Positions 1 through 13,037 are shown, numbered from the stretch's first letter. The stretch: DNA of 64,000 bases from a bacterium BMS3Abin14 (GCA_002897695.1 BDTG01000041.1:20101-84100), one strand, 5' to 3'. Made by a program: numbers and translations. The notes: generated from the letters alone by a model not told the origin.

Positions 1-1033
1 AGTCCGTGGTGAATGAGATCACCAGGAAGGAAGAACGACAGTTGGAGAAGGCATTCTCCAATGAACCATGGTCGGTCACGAGGTCAAAGTAATCCATAGC
101 CCGACTTATATAGAGGTAGGTGTTTGCATCAAAGCGCTGGACGAACTTGTCCCCCTGGTAGTGGAGATAGCTCTCAACCTGAAAATCCTTGGAAAACGAG
201 AAGCTTCGCCCGTTGCCGTTTACAAACCTTCGGCCGAACTTGCGGTTCATGGAGTCCTCGGACAGATAGGTTATGTGTCCTACCATCCTTGCCAGGGCAA
301 GGCCCGTGGATGGGGGTTCATCATTCGGGTATTTTCCGGCCAGAAACTTCGAATCACTGAGAATAGCCTGTCTGCCCACCTCGTTAAAAGCAATCCCCTG
401 GGCCGACATCCTGGCCGTCGTGGCTATGGGCAGGCATCCAGCAACCCGGTCCGGATAACTGATGGCCCATTGGAGCGCCTGCATGCCGCCCATGGAGCCA
501 CCGAGGACCGCCAGAAGACGATCTATGCCCAGGTGGTCCAGAAGCCACCTTTGCACCTCCACCATGTCGGTGATGGTAAAAAAGGGAAAGTCGAGCCCAT
601 AGCTTTGAGACGTATCGGGATTCATGCTGGTTGGCCCGGTTGTGCCGTAACAGCTGCCCAGAAAGTTGCTGCTGATAACGAAGTATCTGTCCGTATCCAA
701 AGGTTTTCCCGGTCCGATAAGAATATCCCACCAGCCGGGCTTTTCACCCTCGTCCGTTCCGTGATAGCCGGCCGCATGGGCATCACCCGACAGGGCGTGG
801 CAGACCAGGACGGCGTTATCCCTTTTTGGTGAAAGCGTTCCATAGGTCTCGTAGGCCACCGTTATGGGAGACAGGGCGCCGCCCGACTCCAGCCGAAGAA
901 CGTGATCGGGGCCGTCAAAAGACACGCTCCGCTGTTTGACCACGCCCACTGACTCCGCCGGCCGGACAGACCCGGAGGGTCCAGCTCCCGCACGGCCGGC
1001 GGGAGCTTCCTGGTGGACTTTTTGCGAGAGCAT
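1..1033 (-). CDS. metX: Homoserine O-acetyltransferase (3' end outside the window)
   Basis: Manual minus-strand translation gives [25 protein letters not shown] and [37 protein letters not shown] at 1033 overlaps the metY stop (TGATG). Absent from the ORF track because it runs off the window. Confidence 0.92.
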   Translation of the reverse strand, partial: MLSQKVHQEAPAGRAGAGPSGSVRPAESVGVVKQRSVSFDGPDHVLRLESGGALSPITVAYETYGTLSPKRDNAVLVCHALSGDAHAAGYHGTDEGEKPGWWDILIGPGKPLDTDRYFVISSNFLGSCYGTTGPTSMNPDTSQSYGLDFPFFTITDMVEVQRWLLDHLGIDRLLAVLGGSMGGMQALQWAISYPDRVAGCLPIATTARMSAQGIAFNEVGRQAILSDSKFLAGKYPNDEPPSTGLALARMVGHITYLSEDSMNRKFGRRFVNGNGRSFSFSKDFQVESYLHYQGDKFVQRFDANTYLYISRAMDYFDLVTDHGSLENAFSNCRSSFLVISFTTD

Positions 1034-2310
1034 CAGACCTTCTCCAGGGCGCTGTCGATGTCATCAAGGATGTCCCTGATATCCTCCAGCCCCACAGAGA
1101 GCCTGATGAAATCGTCCGTAACCCCGGTGGCAAGCCGCTCATCGGGTGAAAGCTGCTGGTGGGTAGTGGACGCGGGATGGATGACAAGAGACTTGGCATC
1201 ACCGATATTGGCCAGATGAGAAAGAAGGCGGACATTGTCGATAAAGCGAATGCCTGCCTCAATACCACCCTTGATGCCGAAACCGACGATAGCACCGCAA
1301 CCGTTGGGCAGGTATTTTTTGGCCAGGTCGTAGGACGGGTGTCCTGCAAGCTCGGGGTAGTTTACCCAGGATACCTTTTTGTGTTTGCTCAGATGCTCAG
1401 CCACCTTCAGGGCGTTGCAGCTGTGGCGTTCCATCCTCAGAGGCAGGGTCTCGAGCCCCTGCAGGAACAGAAATGAGTTGAATGGGCTCAAAGCCGGGCC
1501 AATGTCCCTTAAGAGCTGAACCCTGAGTTTGATGATGAACGCCAGTTCTCCAAGGGCCTCGCTGTATAGCAGACCATGATAGCTGGGGTCGGGTGTGGTA
1601 AACCCGGGGAATCTTCCCGCAGTCCAGTCGAATCTGCCGGAATCCACTACCACGCCCCCGATGGATGTGCCGTGTCCACCGATGAACTTGGTCGCCGAGT
1701 AGACGATAATGTCGACGCCGTGGTCAAAAGGACGGAAAAGGATGGGGGAAACCGTATTGTCAAGGATTACCGGGACTCCGGCCTCATGGGCCAGTTCAGC
1801 GATAGCCTCGAAATCGGGGACGTCCAGCTTCGGATTTCCAACACTTTCCAGGTAGACCGCCTTCGTTCTCTCATTGATCGCGGTCCGGAAGTTCTCAGGA
1901 TCGGACGGGTCCACGAAATGGACCTTTATCCCCAGCTTTTTAAATGTGTACTTGAAGAGATTATACGTTCCCCCGTACAGGCTGGTGGCCGAGACAATCT
2001 CGTCTCCGCTTTGAGCGATGTTTAAAATAGTCAGGGTGATGGCTGACTGCCCGGAGGCCACTGCCAAAGCCCCGACCCCACCATCAAGAAGGGCCATTCG
2101 CTTCTCGAAAACGTCGGAGGTGGGGTTCATGATCCTGGTGTAGATGTTGCCGAGTTCCTTTAACGCGAAAAGGTCCGACGCGTGCTGCGAGTCGCGGAAG
2201 ACGTAAGAGGTGGTCTGGTAAATGGGAACGGCCCTGGCCAAGGTTGTTTCATCAGGCTCCTGACCGCCGTGAAGCGCTATTGTACCGGTATGATACTGTT
2301 TTTCGGACAT
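1033..2310 (-). CDS. metY: O-acetylhomoserine sulfhydrylase (PLP-dependent)
   Basis: [31 protein letters not shown] (PLP lysine), [21 protein letters not shown]. Confidence 0.95.
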   Translation of the reverse strand: MSEKQYHTGTIALHGGQEPDETTLARAVPIYQTTSYVFRDSQHASDLFALKELGNIYTRIMNPTSDVFEKRMALLDGGVGALAVASGQSAITLTILNIAQSGDEIVSATSLYGGTYNLFKYTFKKLGIKVHFVDPSDPENFRTAINERTKAVYLESVGNPKLDVPDFEAIAELAHEAGVPVILDNTVSPILFRPFDHGVDIIVYSATKFIGGHGTSIGGVVVDSGRFDWTAGRFPGFTTPDPSYHGLLYSEALGELAFIIKLRVQLLRDIGPALSPFNSFLFLQGLETLPLRMERHSCNALKVAEHLSKHKKVSWVNYPELAGHPSYDLAKKYLPNGCGAIVGFGIKGGIEAGIRFIDNVRLLSHLANIGDAKSLVIHPASTTHQQLSPDERLATGVTDDFIRLSVGLEDIRDILDDIDSALEKV

Positions 2311-2400
2311 TGTGCTGCTCCTTTCCGCAACCCCACAGAGGAGGTAACACGGGAATAACCGGGAAAAGCATCTCCCGGGATTTATTTCAAATGTGATATG

Positions 2401-2531
2401 AAAAAAAGATTAAAACAGAAATGCCCTGACGCCCCGAAGGGAGCTCAGAGCCCGGGCATGCCACATAGGGGAGTTCCTTCATGCGGCATGAAGAAGGATG
2501 GATAACAATGTAAATTCAATCTCAGTTCCAT
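2401..2531 (-). promoter_or_regulatory. Candidate attenuator: 28-aa leader ORF (2445-2531) overlapping a cUUCGg terminator-like hairpin with U-tract
   Basis: ORF MELRLNLHCYPSFFMPHEGTPLCGMPGL*; hairpin atgccc..ctga.ccc-TTCG-ggg..tcag-ggcat followed by ttctgttttaatcttttttt, upstream of metY. Confidence 0.4.
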
Positions 2532-2830
2532 GTTTTTTCGCCACCGGAAACAAGAAATATTTCGCTGCCCGGATAAAATTACCGCCCAGATAAAACTTGA
2601 CCGTAGCAGTTAAGTATTTGACTTTTTAACTCAATCATTTGCCCGTGTCAACTGTTTTTTTGCCCTTGCTTTTTCTGCCATGGTTTTTCTTGACAGTAAA
2701 TCCCTATGCTGGGATAGTTTTTGGTTACTGCGTGATCATGGATAAGGAAAAGGGGATGGAACCGGTCCAGCAGTGCCATTGCGGCGCCTCGGTACTTCGA
2801 TACATGCTTTTGGAACATGGGAATTCTCAT

Positions 2831-4264
2831 ATGTCTTCAAATAACAGCCGTCCCTTGATGACGGTAGTGCTCGCAGCCGGCAAGGGAACGAGGATGAGTT
2901 CATCCATCACCAAGGTACTTCACCTTCTAAGGGGTAAACCCCTCATCCTTCATGCCGTCGGCCAGGCCCGTTCCGTATCATCCGCAGGCATTATTGTGGT
3001 CCTCGGCCACCAGGCCGAGAGGGTGCGTTCCCTCCTCACTGCGGTTGATCCGGGCCTCGAATTTGTTTTGCAGGAACCCCAACTGGGCACCGGGCACGCG
3101 ATGATGCAGTGTATTGGAAGGCTTGAAGGATTTCCCGGCGATGTTCTCGTCCTTTCCGGGGACGTTCCCATGCTGACCCGGAATACCATTGAGCGGCTCC
3201 TTCGGGCTCATCTGGAAACGAAAGCTGTATTGTCGGTTCTCACGTCGTATCCGCCAGATCCTGTGGGGTATGGAAGGATTATTCGGGACAGGGCAGGTTT
3301 TCCCTCCGCCATCAGGGAACAGAAGGATCTGCTTCACGGAGAGGATGAAATCCTGGAGATCAACACCGGCATCTATGTTTTCAACGCTGCTTTTCTCACC
3401 CGTGAGCTTCCCCTCCTTTCCAACAACAACGCACAGGTGGAGTATTATCTCACCGACCTGGTGGAGGCGGCGTACAGGGAAGACAAGCCCGTCGGCATTT
3501 TTTCACTCGACGACCCGCTGGAGGCTCTGGGGATCAATACTCATCCGGAGCTGGCCACAATGGAGGCAGCCATGCGTCAAACCACACTGAAAAAGCTCAT
3601 GGAGTCCGGAGTCAGGATGATCGACCCGTCCACAACGTACGTGGATGACACGGTAACGATGGAAGGTGAGGTTACCCTGTATCCGATGGTCTGTATCTAC
3701 GGCGCCACATCGGTTGAAACCGGCACCGTTATCCATCCCGGATCGGTGATCACCGATTCTAAAATCGGAAAAAACGTGGTAATCCACCCTCATTCGGTTA
3801 TCAGCGAGGCAATAATCGAGGATGACGCGAACGTAGGGCCCTTCGCCCGTCTGCGCCCGGAGGCCAGAATTGGGAGAAATGCAAAAATAGGGAATTTCGT
3901 AGAGGTAAAGAAATCCAGCATCGGCGAAGGAAGCAAGGTGTCCCACCTGACCTATATCGGGGATTCAACCATCGGCAGCAATGCCAACGTAGGGGCGGGT
4001 TCCGTAACGTGCAACTACGACGGTTTCAGCAAACATCACACCATCATCGAGGACGGTGTTTTTGTGGGCAGCGGGACCATGATGGTGGCTCCCGTCACCC
4101 TTGGCAAAAACTCCATGGTTGCTGCGGGATCAACGATTACGAAGGACGTCCCCGCCGATGCCCTCGCACTGGGCAGATCACGTCAGGAAAACAAGGACGG
4201 GTGGACCATTGCCTGGCGACGAAAAATCGCCGAAAGCAAGTCCGACAAAAAGGAGAACTCCTGA
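2831..4264 (+). CDS. glmU: Bifunctional UDP-GlcNAc pyrophosphorylase / glucosamine-1-P N-acetyltransferase
   Basis: LAAGKGTRM, QLGTGHA, GYGRIIR, EYYLTD, hexapeptide repeats, NYDG; start moved to ATG 2831. Confidence 0.95.
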   Translation: MSSNNSRPLMTVVLAAGKGTRMSSSITKVLHLLRGKPLILHAVGQARSVSSAGIIVVLGHQAERVRSLLTAVDPGLEFVLQEPQLGTGHAMMQCIGRLEGFPGDVLVLSGDVPMLTRNTIERLLRAHLETKAVLSVLTSYPPDPVGYGRIIRDRAGFPSAIREQKDLLHGEDEILEINTGIYVFNAAFLTRELPLLSNNNAQVEYYLTDLVEAAYREDKPVGIFSLDDPLEALGINTHPELATMEAAMRQTTLKKLMESGVRMIDPSTTYVDDTVTMEGEVTLYPMVCIYGATSVETGTVIHPGSVITDSKIGKNVVIHPHSVISEAIIEDDANVGPFARLRPEARIGRNAKIGNFVEVKKSSIGEGSKVSHLTYIGDSTIGSNANVGAGSVTCNYDGFSKHHTIIEDGVFVGSGTMMVAPVTLGKNSMVAAGSTITKDVPADALALGRSRQENKDGWTIAWRRKIAESKSDKKENS

Positions 4265-6093
4265 TGTGCGGAATTGTCGGTTACATTGGTCCGAGAAACG
4301 CCGCCGAGATTCTTCTGGACGGCCTCACGCGCCTCGAATACCGGGGGTACGACTCCTCCGGGATCGCTGTCCTGAATGAGGGCGTCCTGGGGCTTCGCCG
4401 CAGTGTGGGGAAAATAGGGGAACTGAAAAAAGCCCTGGACGACGATCCGGTGAAGGGGTCCATAGGTGTAGGTCACACACGTTGGGCAACCCACGGCAAA
4501 CCGAGCGAGGAAAATGCCCATCCCCACCGCGACTGCTCCGGCAAGCTCGTGGTGGTCCATAACGGGATTATCGAGAATTTCCGCGCCCTTCGGGAGGGAC
4601 TGCTCCATCGTGGGCACACGGTAGCCTCCGAAACCGACACCGAGATCATAGCCCACCTTATCGAAGAGAACTACGATGGGGACCTCCAGGAAGCAGTCCG
4701 CCGCTCACTGGAACTGATCAAGGGTGTCTACGCCCTGGTGGTTCTCCACGCCGACAAACCGGACCGGCTTGTAATCGCCCGCAACGGACCGCCCCTGGTT
4801 GTAGGTTTCGGTTCAGGTGAGATGTTCGTGGCGTCGGACATCCCTGCCGCCCTGCACCATACACGCCGATTCGTCTTCATCGACGACGGCGACATAGGGA
4901 CATTGACCTCCACGTCCCTTGACCTGTACACCGATCAGGGCCGGAAGGCGGACCCCGATCCCATCACCATTACCTGGGACCCCATCATGGCCGAAAAAGG
5001 GGGGTACAGACATTTCATGCTGAAGGAGATCAACGAGCAGCCTCAGGCTATTGCCGATACCATCAGAGGACGTTTTTTCGACGATGGGGATGGACCCCAG
5101 CTGGACGATCTGGACCTTTCTGAAACCTTCATCAAGGGAATCGACAGGTGCGTAATACTGGCCTGTGGGACATCATGGCACGCCGGTCTGGTGGGTCAGT
5201 TCCTCATCGAGAAGCTGGCCGGAATCCCCACCAAGGTGGATTACGGCTCCGAGTTCCGCTATCGTGATCCAATTGTCGGGGAAAACACGCTGGCCATTGC
5301 TATTACACAATCGGGGGAAACTGCCGATACCCTGGCCGCCACTCGCGAGTGCCGTGACAAGGGCGCTACGATCCTCTCCATCTGCAACGTGGTAGGAAGC
5401 ATGATCACGAGGGAATCCGACGGAGTTATCTACACCCATGCCGGGCCTGAGATCGGGGTGGCATCCACCAAGGCTTTTACAACCCAACTGGCCTGTCTCG
5501 TCCTGCTCGCCACGTACCTGGGCAGACGCAGAAAGGTAATGGATCGGGAACAGTCACAGCTAATAATGGATCAACTCGCGGCACTTCCCGGACAGATGGA
5601 ACAGATCCTCGATCAGGTGAAAAAGATTGAAGACATTGCAGAGAAATTCTACAGGTATTCCAATTTCCTGTACCTGGGAAGGGGCCTTCACTACCCCATA
5701 GCCCTGGAAGGAGCTCTGAAGCTCAAGGAGATCAGCTACATTCACGCTGAGGGATATCCCGCGGGAGAGATGAAACACGGCCCAATTGCCCTTATTGACG
5801 AGAACATGCCGGTGGTTTTTCTGGCTCCCAGGGACAGCGTCTACGAGAAGATCCTCGGCAACCTCGAGGAGGTCAAGGCCAGGGGCGGGATCGTCATCGC
5901 GGTTGCCGACCATGATGATAAGGCCCTGCTGGACACGGCGGATCATCTCATCACCCTTCCCCGCACAAATCCCATCCTGACCCCGATCCTGTCAACCGTG
6001 CCACTGCAGCTTTTCGCCTACCATGTCGCAGTCCTCAGGGGAACGGACGTGGACCAGCCCAGAAACCTCGCAAAGAGCGTAACCGTGGAGTAG
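4264..6093 (+). CDS. glmS: Glutamine--fructose-6-phosphate aminotransferase
   Basis: MCGIVG N-terminus, GHTRWATHG, SQ/TQSGETADT, C-terminal PRNLAKSVTVE; ATG overlaps the glmU stop. Confidence 0.97.
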   Translation: MCGIVGYIGPRNAAEILLDGLTRLEYRGYDSSGIAVLNEGVLGLRRSVGKIGELKKALDDDPVKGSIGVGHTRWATHGKPSEENAHPHRDCSGKLVVVHNGIIENFRALREGLLHRGHTVASETDTEIIAHLIEENYDGDLQEAVRRSLELIKGVYALVVLHADKPDRLVIARNGPPLVVGFGSGEMFVASDIPAALHHTRRFVFIDDGDIGTLTSTSLDLYTDQGRKADPDPITITWDPIMAEKGGYRHFMLKEINEQPQAIADTIRGRFFDDGDGPQLDDLDLSETFIKGIDRCVILACGTSWHAGLVGQFLIEKLAGIPTKVDYGSEFRYRDPIVGENTLAIAITQSGETADTLAATRECRDKGATILSICNVVGSMITRESDGVIYTHAGPEIGVASTKAFTTQLACLVLLATYLGRRRKVMDREQSQLIMDQLAALPGQMEQILDQVKKIEDIAEKFYRYSNFLYLGRGLHYPIALEGALKLKEISYIHAEGYPAGEMKHGPIALIDENMPVVFLAPRDSVYEKILGNLEEVKARGGIVIAVADHDDKALLDTADHLITLPRTNPILTPILSTVPLQLFAYHVAVLRGTDVDQPRNLAKSVTVE

Positions 6094-6166
6094 CGTCGGA
6101 ACTTCACCATGCGCAACTTTACTGGAAGGGACATTATGACATCCTGCAACAGGGCGATTTTCAGAT

Positions 6167-8416
<2,250 letters not shown>

Positions 8417-8483
8417 AAAGCCTGTCCAGATCTGTTTCAGACTCGGGAAAACATCCCTTCGAAGCTTTCATGCCGGCGGCAGC

Positions 8484-9899
8484 CTACGGGGCGGACGGGT
8501 TAAAGATCTCCATGGACGTGTCACCGGGGTTTCCCCCGATGATGAGAACCCTCCCGTCGGAAAGAAGTGTGGCGGTATGACCACTCCGCGGTATCCTCAT
8601 CATCCATGGCACCTCCCGGGAGGTGTGGGTAACCGGGTCGAAGATCTCTGCGGATCTGGCAATATCAACGGTTACTCCTCCACCAGTGATAAGAATTTTC
8701 CCATCTAGTAATTCGGTTGCAGTATGAAATATCCTAGGTTTTTTTAAAACGCCCAAAAATGAATTGCTTATATTCTTACTTAGGTCAAAGATTTCCACGT
8801 CTTGCAACTTTCCAGAATTTCCAATTCCGCCTGCGATAAATATCCTACCATCCGAAAGTTTTGTTACTGAAAAATCTTTTTTTGGCTGACTCAAGTTTAT
8901 CAAGCCTTTATCAACTTCTAATTGCAAATCGAATGTTTCAACCTCATCGGTATAATTAATGGCGATCATGCCACCTAAACATGCCAAATTATCCACCGAG
9001 GCCGAACATTGAACATCTTTCTTCTCATTCATAATGCCCATATCGGGAGCAATTCCCTCGCTAAGTAGATTTATGTCTATTTTTGTTGTGTTTATTATCC
9101 AATTTGAATTTTCGTCATACCCACCAAGCAAATAGATCTGCTGGCCATAGATGGCGGGGAAAAATTCCGTCCGGGTGTTGTAGAGAAAGTGAGGCGCGCA
9201 TTGTTCATTCGCAACATCAATGGCTTCGTATTCGTTATCCAGCGTGCCAGTCCCTCCCAAAAACACAAAAACCCGGCCGGAAATAGGGTCATAAAGGGCC
9301 TTCTGCCGGGTTCTGTAATCGTTGAGTGAACACCCGAATGCGGCGGTGGTCGTCCCCTGGTTCGAATAGATAACCCTCTCGATGCTTTTTGTGCCGAGGG
9401 AGCCGCCCAGGACAAGGACTTCATCGTTGCCTATAGCCACGGCCGAGTGGTACATCCTCGGCCAGGTGAGTGATCCGGCGTAATCGAACCCTCCGGATAT
9501 GCTCAACTGCACGTCATGACTGCTTGTCGCACCGGCCGGGATGGATACGGCCTGCTGTGTCTTCTCCATGATGACCACTCCGCCGGTAATGGCCTGTACC
9601 GTGAGGTCGCATCCACCTTTAAGGTCCAGTGTGCCCAGGCTCAGGCTGCTGTCACTGCCCGGTGAGTCCCAGAACGGCGGGGAAGCTTCCCCGCAATCAA
9701 CAATGGCCCGGATGGTGTCTATGTAGGCAGTGCCGGCGGAGGCGTCAAGCATCGAAATATTCAATAAATTTTCCCAGTTTTGAGGAAATCTGACATGCAA
9801 GGATAACTTCCCGGTCGGGTCCTCCCCACCACACCCCGATGCGGCAATGAGTATTGCTGCCGCCGCGAACCCAAGCAGCGGCCGAAGGAAAATCTTCAC
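8484..9899 (-). CDS. Kelch-repeat (beta-propeller) lipoprotein
   Basis: GTG start overlapping the upstream stop; signal peptide with lipobox ASG-C; repeats such as PRMYHSA..LVLGG, PRIFHTATELLDGKILITGG, PRSGHTATLLSDGRVLIIGG. Confidence 0.8.
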   Translation of the reverse strand: MKIFLRPLLGFAAAAILIAASGCGGEDPTGKLSLHVRFPQNWENLLNISMLDASAGTAYIDTIRAIVDCGEASPPFWDSPGSDSSLSLGTLDLKGGCDLTVQAITGGVVIMEKTQQAVSIPAGATSSHDVQLSISGGFDYAGSLTWPRMYHSAVAIGNDEVLVLGGSLGTKSIERVIYSNQGTTTAAFGCSLNDYRTRQKALYDPISGRVFVFLGGTGTLDNEYEAIDVANEQCAPHFLYNTRTEFFPAIYGQQIYLLGGYDENSNWIINTTKIDINLLSEGIAPDMGIMNEKKDVQCSASVDNLACLGGMIAINYTDEVETFDLQLEVDKGLINLSQPKKDFSVTKLSDGRIFIAGGIGNSGKLQDVEIFDLSKNISNSFLGVLKKPRIFHTATELLDGKILITGGGVTVDIARSAEIFDPVTHTSREVPWMMRIPRSGHTATLLSDGRVLIIGGNPGDTSMEIFNPSAP

Positions 9900-11179
9900 C
9901 AGGTTACCTCCACCTGGGTTCCGCCCCCGCCGCTGCCCGCAGAACCGGCTACCACAGCCAGCAGGACAGCTCCACCCAAAAGGAGATACCACCTGATGTG
10001 GCCGGGCGCCACGGACTCCTCCGATAGCTCTTCACCCAGGCCTCCGGCTTCAGGTACGTTGAGAAAATAGCCGGGGTTGGCGGTTATCTCGCTGTCGTTG
10101 TCCCATTCCAATGGTTCGAGCATGGAAAGCAACCTGCCCGGCTCGGCTGGAGGCTGTTTGCCCCGGATCGTGAGGATCCCCTGGGAGACCGGAGCGCCCT
10201 CGCTGTCAATCAGGGTCACCTTTAATTCATCCTCGTCTATCCATCCGAGAACTACATAGTCAACTCCAAGTTTCAGCGCCAGATGAGCGAGTGATCTGTT
10301 ATCGCCCGACATCACACGGTCAGCGAAGAATTTTTCCGGTGGAGCGGTGGGCCCTGCGGGTGAAAGGTGGAACCTGACCTTCATCGTCTGCCACTTTTCG
10401 AGGATAATCCTCTGCCGATCCGCCTCGTATCCTGGCCTTTGTATCTCTATGAAGTGCGGGCCGGGGGCAAAATCCAGACCCTGTATGGGTGCATTACCCA
10501 TTTCCCGGCCGTCAATGATAACCAGAGAGGCCGGGGGGTCTCCCTCGATGGAAATCGTCGAGCGTGGGCCTGAAATAACACGCCCGCGGGCTATTTCAAA
10601 TCGTTGGATAATTTCGGGGGAATACCGATCCCGGGTTAATTTGGCATCGGGCCTGATAGCGGCGGCGGCGATAAAGGCATCGTCAAAATGATCGTCTCCC
10701 AACGCCCTTTTATCCATTCCCTCCAGAAGCAGGCTTTTAAAGAGAGCGTCTGCCTGAAGGGCCGAGTCGGGAAGGGCAGAGATGATGGTGGTGACTTTTC
10801 CCAGCAGGTTCAGTGAACCGTTAAAATCAAAACGGTAATAGGCTGCCCAGGCATCGTCCAGAACTTCCCGAGCCCTGCCCCTCAGGCCGAGGGCGGCCGC
10901 CCGAGTGGACTCCTCAAGGGCGCTCGTTTCTTCCAGCCAGTCCAGGAGGATCTTCTCCGTGGCATTCTCATCCTTCACCAGGAGCAAGGGATCCGCGTTC
11001 ACCTTGTCCAATTCCCCTGTCCATACTGTCTGGATATCGGCAGGAAGGGGGGCCGGGGGGCCGATGATTGCGATGGTGGAAACTCCGCCGGCTGCGAGCA
11101 GGGGGGAGGCCTGAACCAGCAGAAAAACAGGCACGAGCGCCATAGCGACTATTTTAGTGAATAACCGGAGGTCCCTCAT
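9896..11179 (-). CDS. PEGA-domain exported protein with C-terminal hydrophobic segment
   Basis: Signal peptide; ISIEGDPPASLVIIDGREMGNAP..PGPHFIEIQRPGYE (PEGA-like); C-terminal RWYLLLGGAVLLAVVAG. Confidence 0.72.
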   Translation of the reverse strand: MRDLRLFTKIVAMALVPVFLLVQASPLLAAGGVSTIAIIGPPAPLPADIQTVWTGELDKVNADPLLLVKDENATEKILLDWLEETSALEESTRAAALGLRGRAREVLDDAWAAYYRFDFNGSLNLLGKVTTIISALPDSALQADALFKSLLLEGMDKRALGDDHFDDAFIAAAAIRPDAKLTRDRYSPEIIQRFEIARGRVISGPRSTISIEGDPPASLVIIDGREMGNAPIQGLDFAPGPHFIEIQRPGYEADRQRIILEKWQTMKVRFHLSPAGPTAPPEKFFADRVMSGDNRSLAHLALKLGVDYVVLGWIDEDELKVTLIDSEGAPVSQGILTIRGKQPPAEPGRLLSMLEPLEWDNDSEITANPGYFLNVPEAGGLGEELSEESVAPGHIRWYLLLGGAVLLAVVAGSAGSGGGGTQVEVTW

Positions 11180-12149
11180 CCCCATTCTCACCCTCTGAAA
11201 ACTCCGCTTGATTCCTGTCGTATTCCTCGTCGTCCCAGCGACTGAGAGTTCTGTAATCCCTGACTCTCCTGCCCACGTAGGAATAGAGAAACAACAGGGT
11301 TATCAGTCCCCATACCGAGGCCGTACTGGTAATGACCGGCACCCACATCGACTTGACTCTGGCGTACTGCTTAAAACCGTTCAGCAATCCGACAAAGGAT
11401 ATGTCATACGCGCCGTTGACTGCCTGGGCCATATTGCCCTTCTCCAGAAACGAGGTGACAAGCCTGGCCACAGCGTTATTCCCGTATCTTCGCATGAGGT
11501 ATTGAACAAAAAGGTAGCTTTGAGCATAAGCGACCTCGGCGCGCGAGGGGTCCTCCGGAAAGTTGACGCTTATGGCCTCAAACGGGATTGTGCTCCCGGT
11601 CACCTCAGCCCAGGAAAGGTGAAGGAGACGGGGGATCCCCATTTCTCCCGAAATGAAGGTCGCAACACCCTCGGAAAGCCACCTCGGAAACCGGACATCC
11701 CATCGGTTTTCCGCCTCACCCATGACGAGATGCACAATCTCGTGTTCAAGCAGTGACCAGTACTGCGTCCCCGATTCCCCGAGTGCGCCGGGAGTCATTA
11801 AAATAACTACCCCATAGCGAGGATAGGTAAGGGCCCCCGCCCATTCGGGAGCCGAGGAAGCAGCCGGTTGGAGCGAAACAAACTCTTCCTTGCTGCCTGC
11901 GATAAATATTTTATACGGCCCCCCCACCGGAAGCCCAAGCAAGTTCGAAACCTCATTCAGAAACTGGGAGGCTTTCATCAGGACATCCTCAGCCAGATCA
12001 CTCGATTGGCCGCGATATTTGACCTCAATGGTGGGACCTGACAATACTTTCCAGGTTTCGTCATGCGGGGGTTCAGCGGGAACAGCCTGCGCGTTCAGCA
12101 GAAAAACGGCCGCAAGTACCACAAGAATGAGCGGAGTGCGAATTTTCAA
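11154..12149 (-). CDS. Peptidase MA-like (gluzincin-type) exported zinc metalloprotease
   Basis: PEWAGA, LEHEIVHL (HExxH), PRWLSEGVA, AYAQS; signal peptide and C-terminal TM helix. Confidence 0.8.
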   Translation of the reverse strand: MKIRTPLILVVLAAVFLLNAQAVPAEPPHDETWKVLSGPTIEVKYRGQSSDLAEDVLMKASQFLNEVSNLLGLPVGGPYKIFIAGSKEEFVSLQPAASSAPEWAGALTYPRYGVVILMTPGALGESGTQYWSLLEHEIVHLVMGEAENRWDVRFPRWLSEGVATFISGEMGIPRLLHLSWAEVTGSTIPFEAISVNFPEDPSRAEVAYAQSYLFVQYLMRRYGNNAVARLVTSFLEKGNMAQAVNGAYDISFVGLLNGFKQYARVKSMWVPVITSTASVWGLITLLFLYSYVGRRVRDYRTLSRWDDEEYDRNQAEFSEGENGDEGPPVIH

Positions 12150-12439
12150 TGGAGTTTCTCGACGACATCGTCCGCGGCCAATCCGTTCACCTCAAGGACC
12201 TTGTTTCGTGATTTTTCACCCGATACGATTCTAACCCTGCCTCTTGCGATTTTAAGCGTTCTTGATACCAGTTTTACCAGAGATGCATTCGCCGCGCCCT
12301 CAACCGGGGGCGAGGTCAATCTCACAACGAGAATGCCGTCCTCCCATCCTTCAATGGCCTCCCGGGAGGATCTTGGCTTCACTCGAACGTGGATCCGGGC
12401 AGTGACCGGACCGTTTTCTTTTGCAGGTCGCCGACTCAT
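12146..12439 (-). CDS. yggU: DUF167/YggU family protein
   Basis: VRVKPRSSR, PPVEGAAN, IVSGEKSRNK. Confidence 0.9.
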   Translation of the reverse strand: MSRRPAKENGPVTARIHVRVKPRSSREAIEGWEDGILVVRLTSPPVEGAANASLVKLVSRTLKIARGRVRIVSGEKSRNKVLEVNGLAADDVVEKLH

Positions 12440-12533
12440 GGACAAGCTTGATACTAATGGGGGGGCATCATAGATTGCAACAGGTTTCTGGCAGAAAGGC
12501 TTCCGACCAGGCCCGATCCAGATGATTTAAAAT

Positions 12534-13037
12534 CTATTCCTTGCTGACAAGATACTTGACGTTCTTCGCGTTGGCCATCTCCTCCTCAATGGCCTCAGAG
12601 GAGATCTCCAGGATCTTCAGGTGACTCTCGGCGGCGGACTTGATCTGAACCTCGAATTGGGCCCTCAGGCGTCGGATCTCCATGATCTGATCGCTGATTA
12701 CCGCAAGTTTCCTGTGAGCATCATCGATGGTTCTCTCCGCCTTGAGTTCGGCCTCGGAAATGATCAGTTCGGCCTCTTTTCTTGCGGCCATCTTCATATC
12801 CCCAGTGACCTTCTGGGCAGTTATCATGGTCTCTTTGAGAGTCTGCTCTCTCTGGCGAAGCTCGTCCAGCTGGTTTGTCAATCTGGCAAGTTTTTCCTTC
12901 AGTTTGCCGTTCTCACGAATGAGTTCCTCAAATTCAGCCGCCACCATTTCAAGAAAATTGTCGACCTCGCGGGTCTCGTATCCCCTCATCTTTACACGGA
13001 ACTGTTGGCTTTGTATGTCCAGCGGTGAAAGACGCAT
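12534..13037 (-). CDS. divIVA: DivIVA domain coiled-coil protein
   Basis: LSPLDIQSQQF..MRGYETREVDNFL followed by coiled coil. Confidence 0.9.
   Translation of the reverse strand: MRLSPLDIQSQQFRVKMRGYETREVDNFLEMVAAEFEELIRENGKLKEKLARLTNQLDELRQREQTLKETMITAQKVTGDMKMAARKEAELIISEAELKAERTIDDAHRKLAVISDQIMEIRRLRAQFEVQIKSAAESHLKILEISSEAIEEEMANAKNVKYLVSKE

Noticed and set aside
68..832. 254-aa plus-strand ORF
   Set aside because: Antisense shadow of metX, which carries the recognisable motifs on the minus strand.
2311..2640. SAM riboswitch or T-box expected before metY
   Set aside because: No SAM-I core or T-box motif recognised.
8484..9899. Diversity-generating retroelement target
   Set aside because: No reverse transcriptase or template repeat in the window.
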